This document shows positions 11,561 to 19,703 of a stretch of 32,000 nt of DNA, in pieces. Positions within the stretch are counted from its first letter, which is position 1, and each line of letters starts with the position of its first letter. Source of the stretch: Mycolicibacterium smegmatis. Its GTDB lineage: Bacteria; Actinomycetota; Actinomycetes; Mycobacteriales; Mycobacteriaceae. The notes below the pieces were generated by a model. That model had not been told where the DNA came from. It made no database searches and was given only the letters and a program-made list of their open reading frames with translations. The stretch is taken from contig NZ_LN831039.1 in assembly GCF_001457595.1 (NCBI RefSeq), positions 5,790,001 through 5,822,000 of the forward strand, read 5' to 3'. Position numbers and translations under genes: made by a program.

Positions 11561-13210
11561 ATGACCGACGGCCCGCTGATTGTGCAGTCCGACAAAACCG
11601 TGTTGCTCGAGGTCGACCATGAGTTGGCCGGGGCCGCACGGGCGGCGATCGCCCCGTTCGCCGAACTCGAACGCGCACCCGAACACGTCCACACCTACCG
11701 CATCACGCCGCTGGCGCTGTGGAACGCCCGCGCGGCGGGCCACGACGCCGAGCAGGTGGTCGACGCGCTCGTGTCGTTCTCCCGTTACCCGGTGCCCCAG
11801 CCGCTGCTGGTCGACATCGTCGACACCATGGCGCGGTACGGCCGCCTGCAGCTCGTCAAGCATCCGGCACACGGGCTGACGCTGGTGAGCTTCGACCGCG
11901 CGGTGCTCGAAGAGGTGCTGCGCAACAAGAAGATCGCGCCGATGCTCGGTGCGCGCATCGACGACGACACCGTGATAGTGCACAACAGCGAACGTGGCCG
12001 CGTCAAGCAGATGCTGCTCAAGATCGGTTGGCCCGCAGAGGATCTCGCGGGTTACGTCGACGGCGAAGCGCACCCGATCACGCTGGAGCAGGACGGCTGG
12101 GCGCTGCGCGACTACCAGGAGATGGCCGCCGACTCGTTCTGGGCCGGCGGGTCCGGTGTGGTGGTGCTGCCGTGTGGCGCGGGCAAGACGCTCGTCGGCG
12201 CCGCGGCGATGGCCAAGGCCGGCGCGACCACGCTGATCCTGGTCACCAACACCGTCGCGGGACGGCAATGGAAACGTGAACTCGTCGCGCGCACGTCGCT
12301 CACCGAGGACGAGATCGGCGAGTACTCGGGTGAGAAGAAGGAGATCCGGCCCGTCACGATCGCCACGTACCAGGTGATCACGCGCCGCACCAAGGGCGAG
12401 TACAAGCACCTGGAACTGTTCGACAGCCGCGACTGGGGCCTGATCATCTACGACGAGGTGCACCTGCTGCCCGCGCCCGTGTTCCGGATGACCGCCGATC
12501 TTCAGTCCCGCCGTCGGCTCGGCCTGACCGCGACGCTGATCCGCGAGGACGGGCGTGAAGGCGACGTGTTCAGCCTGATCGGGCCGAAACGCTACGACGC
12601 GCCCTGGAAGGACATCGAGGCGCAGGGCTGGATCGCCCCGGCCGAGTGCATCGAGGTGCGCGTGACGATGACCGACAACGAGCGCATGCTCTACGCCACG
12701 TCGGAACCCGACGAGCGCTACAAGCTGTGCTCGACGGTGCACACCAAGATCGCGGTGGTGCGCTCGATCCTGGAGCGTCATCCCAACGAGCCGACCCTGG
12801 TGATCGGCGCGTACCTGGACCAACTGGAGGAACTGGGCCAGGAGTTGGACGCCCCGGTGATCCAGGGCTCGACCAAGAACGCCGAGCGCGAGGCGCTGTT
12901 CGACGCGTTCCGCCGCGGCGAGATCAGGACGCTCGTGGTGTCGAAGGTCGCCAACTTCTCCATCGACCTGCCGGAAGCGTCGGTGGCCGTGCAGGTGTCG
13001 GGCACCTTCGGGTCACGACAGGAGGAGGCGCAACGCCTCGGCCGGCTGCTGCGTCCGAAGGCCGACGGTGGTGGCGCGGTGTTCTATTCGGTGGTCTCGC
13101 GCGACAGCCTCGACGCCGAGTACGCCGCGCACCGGCAGCGCTTCCTCGCCGAGCAGGGCTACGGCTACATCATCAAAGACGCCGACGACCTGCTGGGGCC
13201 GGCCATCTAG
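11561..13210 (+). CDS. ercc3: DNA repair helicase XPB/ERCC3 (SF2)
   Basis: Helicase motifs present are GSGVVVLPCGAGKTLVGAAAM (I), IIYDEVHLLPAPVFR (II), RLGLTATLIREDG (III), and VSKVANFSIDLPEASVAVQVSGTFGSRQEEAQRLGRLLRPK (V-VI). Confidence 0.95.
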   Translation: MTDGPLIVQSDKTVLLEVDHELAGAARAAIAPFAELERAPEHVHTYRITPLALWNARAAGHDAEQVVDALVSFSRYPVPQPLLVDIVDTMARYGRLQLVKHPAHGLTLVSFDRAVLEEVLRNKKIAPMLGARIDDDTVIVHNSERGRVKQMLLKIGWPAEDLAGYVDGEAHPITLEQDGWALRDYQEMAADSFWAGGSGVVVLPCGAGKTLVGAAAMAKAGATTLILVTNTVAGRQWKRELVARTSLTEDEIGEYSGEKKEIRPVTIATYQVITRRTKGEYKHLELFDSRDWGLIIYDEVHLLPAPVFRMTADLQSRRRLGLTATLIREDGREGDVFSLIGPKRYDAPWKDIEAQGWIAPAECIEVRVTMTDNERMLYATSEPDERYKLCSTVHTKIAVVRSILERHPNEPTLVIGAYLDQLEELGQELDAPVIQGSTKNAEREALFDAFRRGEIRTLVVSKVANFSIDLPEASVAVQVSGTFGSRQEEAQRLGRLLRPKADGGGAVFYSVVSRDSLDAEYAAHRQRFLAEQGYGYIIKDADDLLGPAI

Positions 13211-13230
13211 ACCGGCCCCGGCGCCCGTCG

Positions 13231-13584
13231 CTACGCGTGCGGCCCGACGGCCTTGACCACGGTCAGCAGCACCACCGAGTCGGCGAGTGCGTGCAGCGAG
13301 TGGCGCGTGCGCGGGATCACCAGCAGATCACCGGGAGATCCCTCCCAGCTCGCCTCGGAGTTGGCCAGCTTCACACGGCCCTCGATCACCTGCAGCGTCG
13401 CCTCGCCGGGGCTCTCGTGCTCGTCCAGACCGGTGCCGTCGACGAGCGCGATCAGCGTCTGACGCAGATTGTGCTCGTGCCCGCCGTAGACGGTGTGGGC
13501 ACTGCGGCCCGCGCTCGCGGTGCGAGCTGCGGCCAGTTGCTGACGGGCAAGCGCGGTGAGCGACATCTTCTCCATGACGAGCAT
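13231..13584 (-). CDS. Cupin-domain protein
   Basis: The ORF contains VIEGRVKLANSEASWEGSPGDLLVIPRTRHSLHALADSVVLLTVVK, a cupin-like beta-barrel motif. Confidence 0.7.
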   Translation of the reverse strand: MLVMEKMSLTALARQQLAAARTASAGRSAHTVYGGHEHNLRQTLIALVDGTGLDEHESPGEATLQVIEGRVKLANSEASWEGSPGDLLVIPRTRHSLHALADSVVLLTVVKAVGPHA

Positions 13585-13661
13585 CGTCCCACCCCGGGTA
13601 TGCGCGGTGTGCTCAGGTCGCACTATCTGGTCGGCGGCCATGCACTCGTGCTGTGAACCAA

Positions 13662-14276
13662 TTATCGAACGCAGCCAGAATCGCTCGGTTCACGGCTCAC
13701 CATGACTTCGGCGTGTTCTTTCTCGACAGCGCCTGGGCTCGCCGTCACAGACAGCAAATCCGCTTCCGTGCCCCACGTCCACCTAGTGAACTCATGGCTC
13801 TCACCGTCGACCTCTTTCGCGAATACGAATTCCGAGCACCAGGCCAAACCGTCGTAAGGACGGCCGATCGGCAGCTGTTGGCGGAGGTCATCGACAGTCT
13901 CTGAATACCCCGCTTGCACGATCCACTGCTCCCATTCCCCTGGCTGCTCGTTCGCCAGTTTCGCGCCGGCGGGAAGAGTCAACCCCGGCATCAGCTGAGG
14001 TTGAGACGGCGCCTCGACAGAACTCGTCGACGAATCGAGAGCATCGACACCTATCGGCGGAGCTGCGCGAAAAACGATGACGCCCGCGACAATCGAGACC
14101 AGTAAGAAGACCACGCCCGTTGCAATCAGGATCCAAGCCCACGGCGGCATGCCGCCCCGAGGGCGCGCGACAGCTGCGGCAGGAGCCGTTTGGTCCGTCC
14201 ACTTATGACCGTCGAAGTATCGAAGCTGGGTTTGGTCGTCCGGCGCCGGGTACCAACCCGGCGGTGTGGTGTTCAT
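13662..14276 (-). CDS. DUF2510 N-terminal, single-pass membrane protein
   Basis: The likely start MNTTPPGWYPAPDDQTQLRYFDGHKWTDQ carries a DUF2510 motif. It is followed by a TM helix (WAWILIATGVVFLLVSIVAGVIVF) and an extracytoplasmic domain. Confidence 0.75.
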   Translation of the reverse strand: MNTTPPGWYPAPDDQTQLRYFDGHKWTDQTAPAAAVARPRGGMPPWAWILIATGVVFLLVSIVAGVIVFRAAPPIGVDALDSSTSSVEAPSQPQLMPGLTLPAGAKLANEQPGEWEQWIVQAGYSETVDDLRQQLPIGRPYDGLAWCSEFVFAKEVDGESHEFTRWTWGTEADLLSVTASPGAVEKEHAEVMVSREPSDSGCVR

Positions 14277-14325
14277 CTGTCTCCCTTGGCCACTCAATTC
14301 AAAAGAGCTCATCTAACTGGAGAGG

Positions 14326-14744
14326 TCAGTCGGTGTCACCGTAGTACCGTGTCGAGAAAATCTGAGACTTCAACGCTTCGACGTCAGCTCTGGATGGCAG
14401 CCCCGCATTTTTAGCCAGATGGTGGCCCATCTCTGAGTCGTTGAAGCCAGTGCGTCGTGCAACCTCGACTGCAAACTCGTGCACCTCTGACCGCGCATGT
14501 CGCCAGGCGAGGTCAGCGACTACCTAGATCTCGTCTTCGAGCTGACGTTCTGACATCCGAACTACACCGGGCGACAGCGCGATGCTTCTGATCCGACCGT
14601 CGGGAAACACCGTCACCGTCACCGTTCCGGGTGGATTCGTCACCGATGACCATAGCGGCAGATGCTCGTCGCCAGACACCGAGGGGTTTGGCGGCTGGAC
14701 GATGCCACCGTCATCTCTGCTGTCGCCGATCTCGCCGGATTTGG
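14326..14744 (-). pseudogene. C-terminal fragment of a split YbaB/EbfC-like (ESX-associated type) gene
   Basis: The minus strand reads ...GEIGDSRDDGGIVQPP...GTVTVTVFPDGRIRSIALSPGVVRMSERQLEDEI*VVADLAWRHARSEVHEFAVEVARRTGF...ALKSQIFSTRYYGDTD*. It is cut at 14744 by IS1096, and an in-frame TAG lies at 14526..14524. Its N-terminal half is at 18140..18244 + 19712..19735. Confidence 0.75.
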
Positions 14745-14854
14745 GGCTCTTCGCAGTTGAGGGTGTAGAGGTCGTCGGCGCGTCGGTGCCGGGATAGGGG
14801 TCGAGGTCTTCCGATGATGGAGGTTCCTACGCCATCCATCTGAAAGACCTCGAC

Positions 14855-16177
14855 GTGCCTGACGCTACCGGTCGGGCGGGCTTCGCCTGCGCTGACCTGA
14901 CGACTTTCTGCCGCCTCGACGAGCTCGGGTTGGAGGTGACCGGCCAACGCCTCGACCCTGATCGGGCCGTGCTGGCGTGCCGGGTCGCCGATGAGGATCG
15001 GTGGTGCCGCCGCTGCGGCGAAGAAGGCGTTGTACGTGACAGCGTGACTCGCACGTTGGCTCATGAACCGTTCGGGTGGCGACCCACGGCTTTGCTGGTC
15101 ACGATCCGCCGTTACCGTTGCGCCGGCTGCGCTCATGTGTGGCGCCAGGATGCCAGCGCCGCAGCCGAACCGCGGGCCAGGCTGTCCCGGCGTGCTCTGC
15201 GGTGGGCGCTGGAAGCCCTTGTCTGCCAACACCTGTCGGTGGCCCGGGTCGCCGAGGCGCTTGCGGTGTCGTGGAACACTGCCAACAACGCCGTGCTCGC
15301 CGAAGGTCAGCGGGTGCTCATCGCCGATCCGGCCCGGTTCGATGGCGTCGCGGTGATCGGCGTCGATGAGCACGTGTGGCGGCACACTCGCCGCGGCGAC
15401 AAGTACGTCACCGTCATCATCGATCTCACGCCCGTGCGTGACGGGACCGGCCCCGCACGGCTGCTCGACATGGTGGAGGGCCGCTCCAAGAAGGCGTTCG
15501 CCGACTGGCTGGCACAGCGGCCACAGGAGTGGCGTGATCGTGTGGACGTTGTTGCCATGGACGGGTTCTCCGGGTTCAAGACCGCCGCCACCGAAGAACT
15601 GCCTGACGCGGCCACGGTGATGGACCCCTTCCACGTGGTCCGCCTGGCCGGCAACGCCCTCGACGAGTGCCGACGCCGCGTGCAGCTGGCCACCTGCGGG
15701 CACCGCGGCCGCAGCACCGACCCGCTCTACCGATCGCGACGCACCCTGCACACCGGGGCCGACCTGCTCACCGACCGCCAGAAAGCCCGACTGGCCGCAC
15801 TGTTCGCCGCCAACGCGCACGCCGAGATCGAGGCCACCTGGGCGATGTATCAACGCACCGTGGCCGCCTACCGCGAACCAGACCGCACCAAGGGCCGCAC
15901 CATGATGGCTGCACTGATCACCACGCTGAGCACAGGCGTCCCCACGTCGCTGACCGAGCTGATCACCCTCGGGCGGACACTGAAGAAGCGTGCCGCCGAC
16001 GTCCTGGCCTACTTCGACCGCCCCGGCACCTCCAACGGGCCGACCGAAGCGATCAACGGCCGCCTCGAACACCTGCGCGGATCCGCCCTGGGCTTCCGCA
16101 ACCTCACCAACTACATCGCCCGGTCCCTGCTCGAGACCGGAGGCTTCCGAACCCAGCTCCGTCAACCTCGGCGGTGA
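14855..16177 (+). CDS. tnpA: ISL3-family transposase of IS1096 (TnpA), 440 aa
   Basis: The ORF has an N-terminal zinc-finger region (CRRCGEEGV...YRCAGCAHVW) and VIGVDEHVWRH, VVAMDGFSGFK, DPFHVVRLAG and ISL3-type EAINGRLEHLRGSALGFRNLTNY motifs. Confidence 0.95.
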   Translation: MPDATGRAGFACADLTTFCRLDELGLEVTGQRLDPDRAVLACRVADEDRWCRRCGEEGVVRDSVTRTLAHEPFGWRPTALLVTIRRYRCAGCAHVWRQDASAAAEPRARLSRRALRWALEALVCQHLSVARVAEALAVSWNTANNAVLAEGQRVLIADPARFDGVAVIGVDEHVWRHTRRGDKYVTVIIDLTPVRDGTGPARLLDMVEGRSKKAFADWLAQRPQEWRDRVDVVAMDGFSGFKTAATEELPDAATVMDPFHVVRLAGNALDECRRRVQLATCGHRGRSTDPLYRSRRTLHTGADLLTDRQKARLAALFAANAHAEIEATWAMYQRTVAAYREPDRTKGRTMMAALITTLSTGVPTSLTELITLGRTLKKRAADVLAYFDRPGTSNGPTEAINGRLEHLRGSALGFRNLTNYIARSLLETGGFRTQLRQPRR

Positions 16178-16184
16178 AGAATCC

Positions 16185-16937
16185 TCAACGCGTGTTCAAC
16201 GCGGCCAGAGCGTCATTGGTCTCGGCCACCGAGAAACGGTCGGGGTGCCAGCCCCGGGGCAGCCAGTCCCTCATCTCCTGCGCACCGAGTCCCATCGGCG
16301 TTTCCCGCGGGTCGTACCCGCCGCGAACCCACGCAGCCAACTCCTCATAGCCGCCCAGGCCACCACAGTCCTCCGGCGGACAGGCCATCTTTCCCGTCAG
16401 ACACACCGCAGCCGGGGGCGGATCATCGAAAACGTCTTCGACCACGAGCACGTGGTCCCATCCGTCGCCGAAGTCGTAATCGTAGAACAACCGCTCGCCC
16501 TTATCGGACACCACCTGATCGAGGCGCACGCTGTCCTCGACGACACCGTCGTCGCCTTCGCTGAGATCAAACCCGGTGACGAAGTAGGCACGGGTCCGCC
16601 GGTCCGCCCCGACACCGAACTTATGCAGATGACTGTCCTGCCAGCCCATAACGACCTGCAGCACAACATGGAGCTCATCGAGCATGAGGTCGCCCGGCAG
16701 GTCCAGCCGACGCCAGATCGGCGGCTTGGCGTACATCAGGTCGACGCGCACCCGGAAGCCCCGCGCACGATCCGGCACCGCCCGCACCTCGGGCGTCGGC
16801 TCATCGAACATTCCCGCGAACACGTTCCGACCAGCGTCGGCCATTAGCTTCTGCAGCAACGCCAGGTCCACACTGCCCCCGGACACTCCGCTCTTCCTCT
16901 TGCTCTTCCGCTTCTTCTCCGGCACACCCCAAGCCAA
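16185..16937 (-). CDS. tnpR: IS1096 accessory protein (TnpR; plasmid pRiA4b ORF-3-like family)
   Basis: The ORF contains FRVRVDLMYAKPPIWRRLDLPGDLMLDELHVVLQVVMGWQDSHLHKFGV and LFYDYDFGDGWDHVLVVEDV motifs. It is convergent with tnpA. Confidence 0.9.
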   Translation of the reverse strand: MAWGVPEKKRKSKRKSGVSGGSVDLALLQKLMADAGRNVFAGMFDEPTPEVRAVPDRARGFRVRVDLMYAKPPIWRRLDLPGDLMLDELHVVLQVVMGWQDSHLHKFGVGADRRTRAYFVTGFDLSEGDDGVVEDSVRLDQVVSDKGERLFYDYDFGDGWDHVLVVEDVFDDPPPAAVCLTGKMACPPEDCGGLGGYEELAAWVRGGYDPRETPMGLGAQEMRDWLPRGWHPDRFSVAETNDALAALNTR

Positions 16938-17026
16938 CCAGACCCCTCGATCACAGCGCGAAAGCAGCTGATCGTCTCTACACCGTCAAGTGCGAAGAGC
17001 CAGTTTGCTGGCTGAACCGGGGGGCA

Positions 17027-17764
17027 ATGGGGTTCTTCGATGTCGTCGATTCCGTGGTCGACACCGTAACCGAAACGGCCGGAAGGATTAAAGACGGTGC
17101 GGAATTTGTAGAGTACATTGCGAGAAAAGGTGGTCTGTTAGACCTCGAATATCTGGCAAAATCTGTCGGTAGATGGGCCTCTCCGCTGAGCATTGCGCCA
17201 ACTCCTATTTTGGAGGGCGGTCAGAGAATACTCCAGGGTATGCGGTTCACCACTGGTGAGGGAGATCCGGTCGCAGGCGTCTCCTTCATCGAAGGAGGCG
17301 CGCGATTTGAGGAAGTAGCTGAAAAGTTCGGTACTGCTCGCCCCGACGAAACGTGGGAAGGGGGTTCCGCCCCTAGAGCCTACGACCGTCGAGTTGATCT
17401 GCAGGAAAAGCATGTCGCCATCCTGCGTGATGCGGACCGTCAGATCGGCTTTGTGATGAGTCGCGAAGCTGACGAACTTCGCGAGGTGCGCCGAATTCTC
17501 GACGGACTTCATGAGCAGTTGACTGCTTTTGGTGAATACAGCAAGTGGGTAGGAGTCGGCCAGATCGGAAAATTGGCCCAGGCTGCGATCGAGTTTGAAG
17601 CGGTGCGTCAGGCAGTGACCGAAGCTTCAAAAAAGATGTGGGATATGCACGAATACGCAAACAACAACGCTGCGGTTGTAACGGAAGCTCTTGAACTCTA
17701 TCGAAAAGTATCTGCAGAGGCGACGTCTCAAGATTCGATTGGAGATTTCGACCCGCCGCGATAG
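17027..17764 (+). CDS. EspA/EspE-like ESX (type VII) secretion-associated protein, 245 aa
   Basis: The N-terminus MGFFDVVDSVVDTVTETAGRIKDGAEFVEYIARKGGLLDLEYLAKSVG is followed by WEGGSAPRAYDRRVDLQEKHVAILRDADRQIGFVMSREADELREVRRILD, which has a WxG motif and the Esp-type helical pattern. An EspC-like gene lies directly downstream. Confidence 0.6.
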   Translation: MGFFDVVDSVVDTVTETAGRIKDGAEFVEYIARKGGLLDLEYLAKSVGRWASPLSIAPTPILEGGQRILQGMRFTTGEGDPVAGVSFIEGGARFEEVAEKFGTARPDETWEGGSAPRAYDRRVDLQEKHVAILRDADRQIGFVMSREADELREVRRILDGLHEQLTAFGEYSKWVGVGQIGKLAQAAIEFEAVRQAVTEASKKMWDMHEYANNNAAVVTEALELYRKVSAEATSQDSIGDFDPPR

Positions 17765-17782
17765 TCGAAAAGGAGCGATTCA

Positions 17783-18106
17783 GTGAGCAGTGGTGAAGAC
17801 AGACGAATCACGTCGTCTACCATTCGAGGACTGGCCTCGACGCAAGACGAGTTGGGGCGAGGAGTGAGAAGCGCAGTTCTTTCGGTCCAGTTCGCCGGCG
17901 ACCAAGTGGAAAAGACACACGGTTTGATCTGTGCGGTCACCAGCGAGGCGATAAAAAAGGCCGAGGCCGAGCGATCCACAGCGGGGAGCGGGGTAGTCGG
18001 CGTGTGTGCCGAACTTGCACAGAAGCTTCGGCACGCAGCAGCTCGGTATGACGATGTGGATGAGACAGAGAAGGACAAGCTTGAGCAGCAAATGCCGCCT
18101 CGTTGA
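17783..18106 (+). CDS. EspC-like ESX-1 secretion-associated protein, 107 aa
   Basis: The ORF reads ITSSTIRGLASTQDELGRGVRSAVLSVQFAGDQVEKTHGLICAVTSEAI...GVCAELAQKLRHAAARYDDVDETEKDKLE. It aligns by eye with M. tuberculosis EspC (THGPYC..., LAKSLRIAAKIYSEADE) and has a YxxxD motif. Confidence 0.75.
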   Translation: MSSGEDRRITSSTIRGLASTQDELGRGVRSAVLSVQFAGDQVEKTHGLICAVTSEAIKKAEAERSTAGSGVVGVCAELAQKLRHAAARYDDVDETEKDKLEQQMPPR

Positions 18107-18139
18107 TCGCGGTATAGAGCGGATTGGGCATCCGGGCTG

Positions 18140-18244
18140 ATGAGTAATGGAACGTCGCGTTCGTGGGACGACGACGAGTTCGCCGACGCGGATTCCCAGT
18201 CCGCGGAGATCGGATCGGCATTCGACCTCTATACAAAGAATGAT
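18140..18244 (+). pseudogene. N-terminal fragment of the split YbaB-like gene (continues 19712..19735)
   Basis: MSNGTSRSWDDDEFADADSQSAEIGSAFDLYTKND is interrupted by the ISL3 element. After the element it resumes in frame as LCGSHTKS up to IS1096 copy 2. Confidence 0.7.
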
Positions 18245-19703
18245 GGCTCTTCGCAGTTAGCAGTGGCGTTGGTGCCGGCTGGGTGTGACTCGTCGTGATC
18301 GGCGAGTGCAGGCCCACCGTACTCGGCGGCGTTGGTTCTCAGGATTGCGGAAGCCGAAGGCGATGCGCCCGACGTGTTTGACGATGCGGTTGTAGCCTTC
18401 GGTGCGGGCGTTGGACAGGCCGGTCTGCAGGGCGGCGATGATGGGGGCCTGCCAGGTCTCGATGGTGCGGGCCAGTCGGATCACTTCGGGCACTGTGCAG
18501 GCCGCGCAGAAACGGTAGAACCGGTCCAGGGCGGTCGTGATCTCGTAGCGCAACCCGCCGCGGTCGGCGCAGGAAAGCAGGTCGCGCAGCAGTTCTTTGG
18601 CGATCCAGGCCGCGGCGATGTCCTGGTTGGGGTCGGCGGAGAGCAGCTTGGCGAACAACGTGGCGCGTTGGTCTGCGGTGAGCCGCTCGGAGCCGCGCAG
18701 CAGGCGGCGGCGGTTGATCCACTCGACATCGGCCTTGCGGCCGCGCCGGCCCCGTTGGGTCCAGGTGACCCGGCGGCGCACCGCATCAACCATGTCGTTG
18801 GCTTTCTTGACCAGGTGGAACCGGTCGGCGATCAGGATCGCGTGCGGCAGTGCTTCGCGAGCCACCCGGGCATAGGCCGGGGACAAATCGATGGCTACGT
18901 GGGTGATTGCGGCCCGCCAGTCAGGGTCCTGGCCAGCGAGCCAGTCGATCACTGCCGCCGAGGTGCGGCCATTGACCTGGCCAAGGAGGCCTTGATCGCC
19001 GGTGATGTCGACCAGTCCGGTGTCCCAGCGATCCACCCATACCCGCCGCCCGAGTACCGGGTTGTGTTCCCATTTGGCCTTACCGCGTCGGGTCTCGTCG
19101 ATGCCGAGCACCGCCACCGGCGCCAGCTCGCCGGCCAGGGCGTCCTCGGCGGTGGCGATGACTTCGTCGTGCACGGTGTGCCAGCCGCAGCGGTACTGCC
19201 CGGCCACCGCGGCCACCGAACGGTCCTCGTCGAGCACCGCAGTGGCCATCGTCGCCTTGGCCCGCGGTGTTACCCGCGCCCGCGCCGGGATTCCGGGCAC
19301 CGACTCGGTGAACACCTTGCGCGTACAGACCGTGCTGGGGCACAACCACTTTCGCTTACGCCAGCGCAGTATCGGGCGGTCCGAACCCACCACAACGTCG
19401 CGGGGTCCGGTCTGTACCCAGCCTTTCGACCTGGTGGAGCGTTCCCCGCATTCGGGGCAGATCCCGACCCACTGGGGGGCGGTGAGCACCTGCACCAACC
19501 GGGTGCCGTCCTCGAGGCGCTGCACCGATTCGACGACCACACCGTCGAGATCGAGCAGCAGTGAACTACCGTCAACCATGGTTCCGCGTTCCTTGTCCTG
19601 GATGCCTGAAGAACACCCAGCTCACAGGGGCGCGGACCCCTAATCAATCACCGACACGACACAACGTCGGACAACACCAGACCCCTATCAACTGCGAAGA
19701 GCC
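18245..19703 (-). mobile_element. Second, smaller ISL3-family insertion sequence, 1459 bp
   Basis: Both ends carry GGCTCTTCGCAGTT (the right end as reverse complement). It is flanked by perfect 8-bp duplications agaatgat (18237..18244 and 19704..19711). Confidence 0.95.
18257..19579 (-). CDS. ISL3-family transposase, 440 aa
   Basis: The ORF contains GICPECGERSTRSKGW, RKWLCPSTVCTRKVFTE, VAVLGIDETRRGKAKW, VAIDLSPAYARVAREALPHAILIADRFHLVKKAND and ARTEGYNRIVKHVGRIAFGFRN motifs. Confidence 0.95.
   Translation of the reverse strand: MVDGSSLLLDLDGVVVESVQRLEDGTRLVQVLTAPQWVGICPECGERSTRSKGWVQTGPRDVVVGSDRPILRWRKRKWLCPSTVCTRKVFTESVPGIPARARVTPRAKATMATAVLDEDRSVAAVAGQYRCGWHTVHDEVIATAEDALAGELAPVAVLGIDETRRGKAKWEHNPVLGRRVWVDRWDTGLVDITGDQGLLGQVNGRTSAAVIDWLAGQDPDWRAAITHVAIDLSPAYARVAREALPHAILIADRFHLVKKANDMVDAVRRRVTWTQRGRRGRKADVEWINRRRLLRGSERLTADQRATLFAKLLSADPNQDIAAAWIAKELLRDLLSCADRGGLRYEITTALDRFYRFCAACTVPEVIRLARTIETWQAPIIAALQTGLSNARTEGYNRIVKHVGRIAFGFRNPENQRRRVRWACTRRSRRVTPSRHQRHC

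Larger units (their letters stand above)
14745..17001 (+). mobile_element. IS1096-type element, copy 1 (ISL3 family), 2257 bp
   Basis: The ends are GGCTCTTCGCAGTTGAGGGTGTAGAG and, as reverse complement, GGCTCTTCGCACTTGACGGTGTAGAG (24/26 identity). The element contains tnpA and a convergent tnpR-like ORF. Flanks are ggatttgg (left) and agtttgct (right). Confidence 0.95.

Noticed and set aside
11381-12823. 480-aa minus-strand ORF opposite the XPB helicase
   Set aside because: The + strand has complete SF2 helicase motifs, so this is an antisense artefact.
14582-14797. 71-aa + strand ORF running across the IS1096 left end
   Set aside because: It is antisense to the YbaB-like fragment and crosses into the element, so it is a chance junction ORF.
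14711-16165. 484/494-aa ORFs antisense to IS1096 tnpA (14711..16165 and 20572..22056)
   Set aside because: They are duplicated only because the IS is duplicated. They cross the IS ends into unrelated flanks, and the product is low-complexity.
15990-16847. ORFs antisense to the IS1096 accessory gene (15990..16847 +, 19890..20747 -)
   Set aside because: They are mirror frames of tnpR/tnpA coding sequence with no independent motif support.
17728-18317. Minus-strand ORFs opposite the EspC-like gene (17728..18078, 17780..18091, 17937..18317)
   Set aside because: The + strand ORF has the EspC-like signature and short spacing to the EspA-like gene. The minus ORFs are low-complexity, and one crosses the IS boundary.
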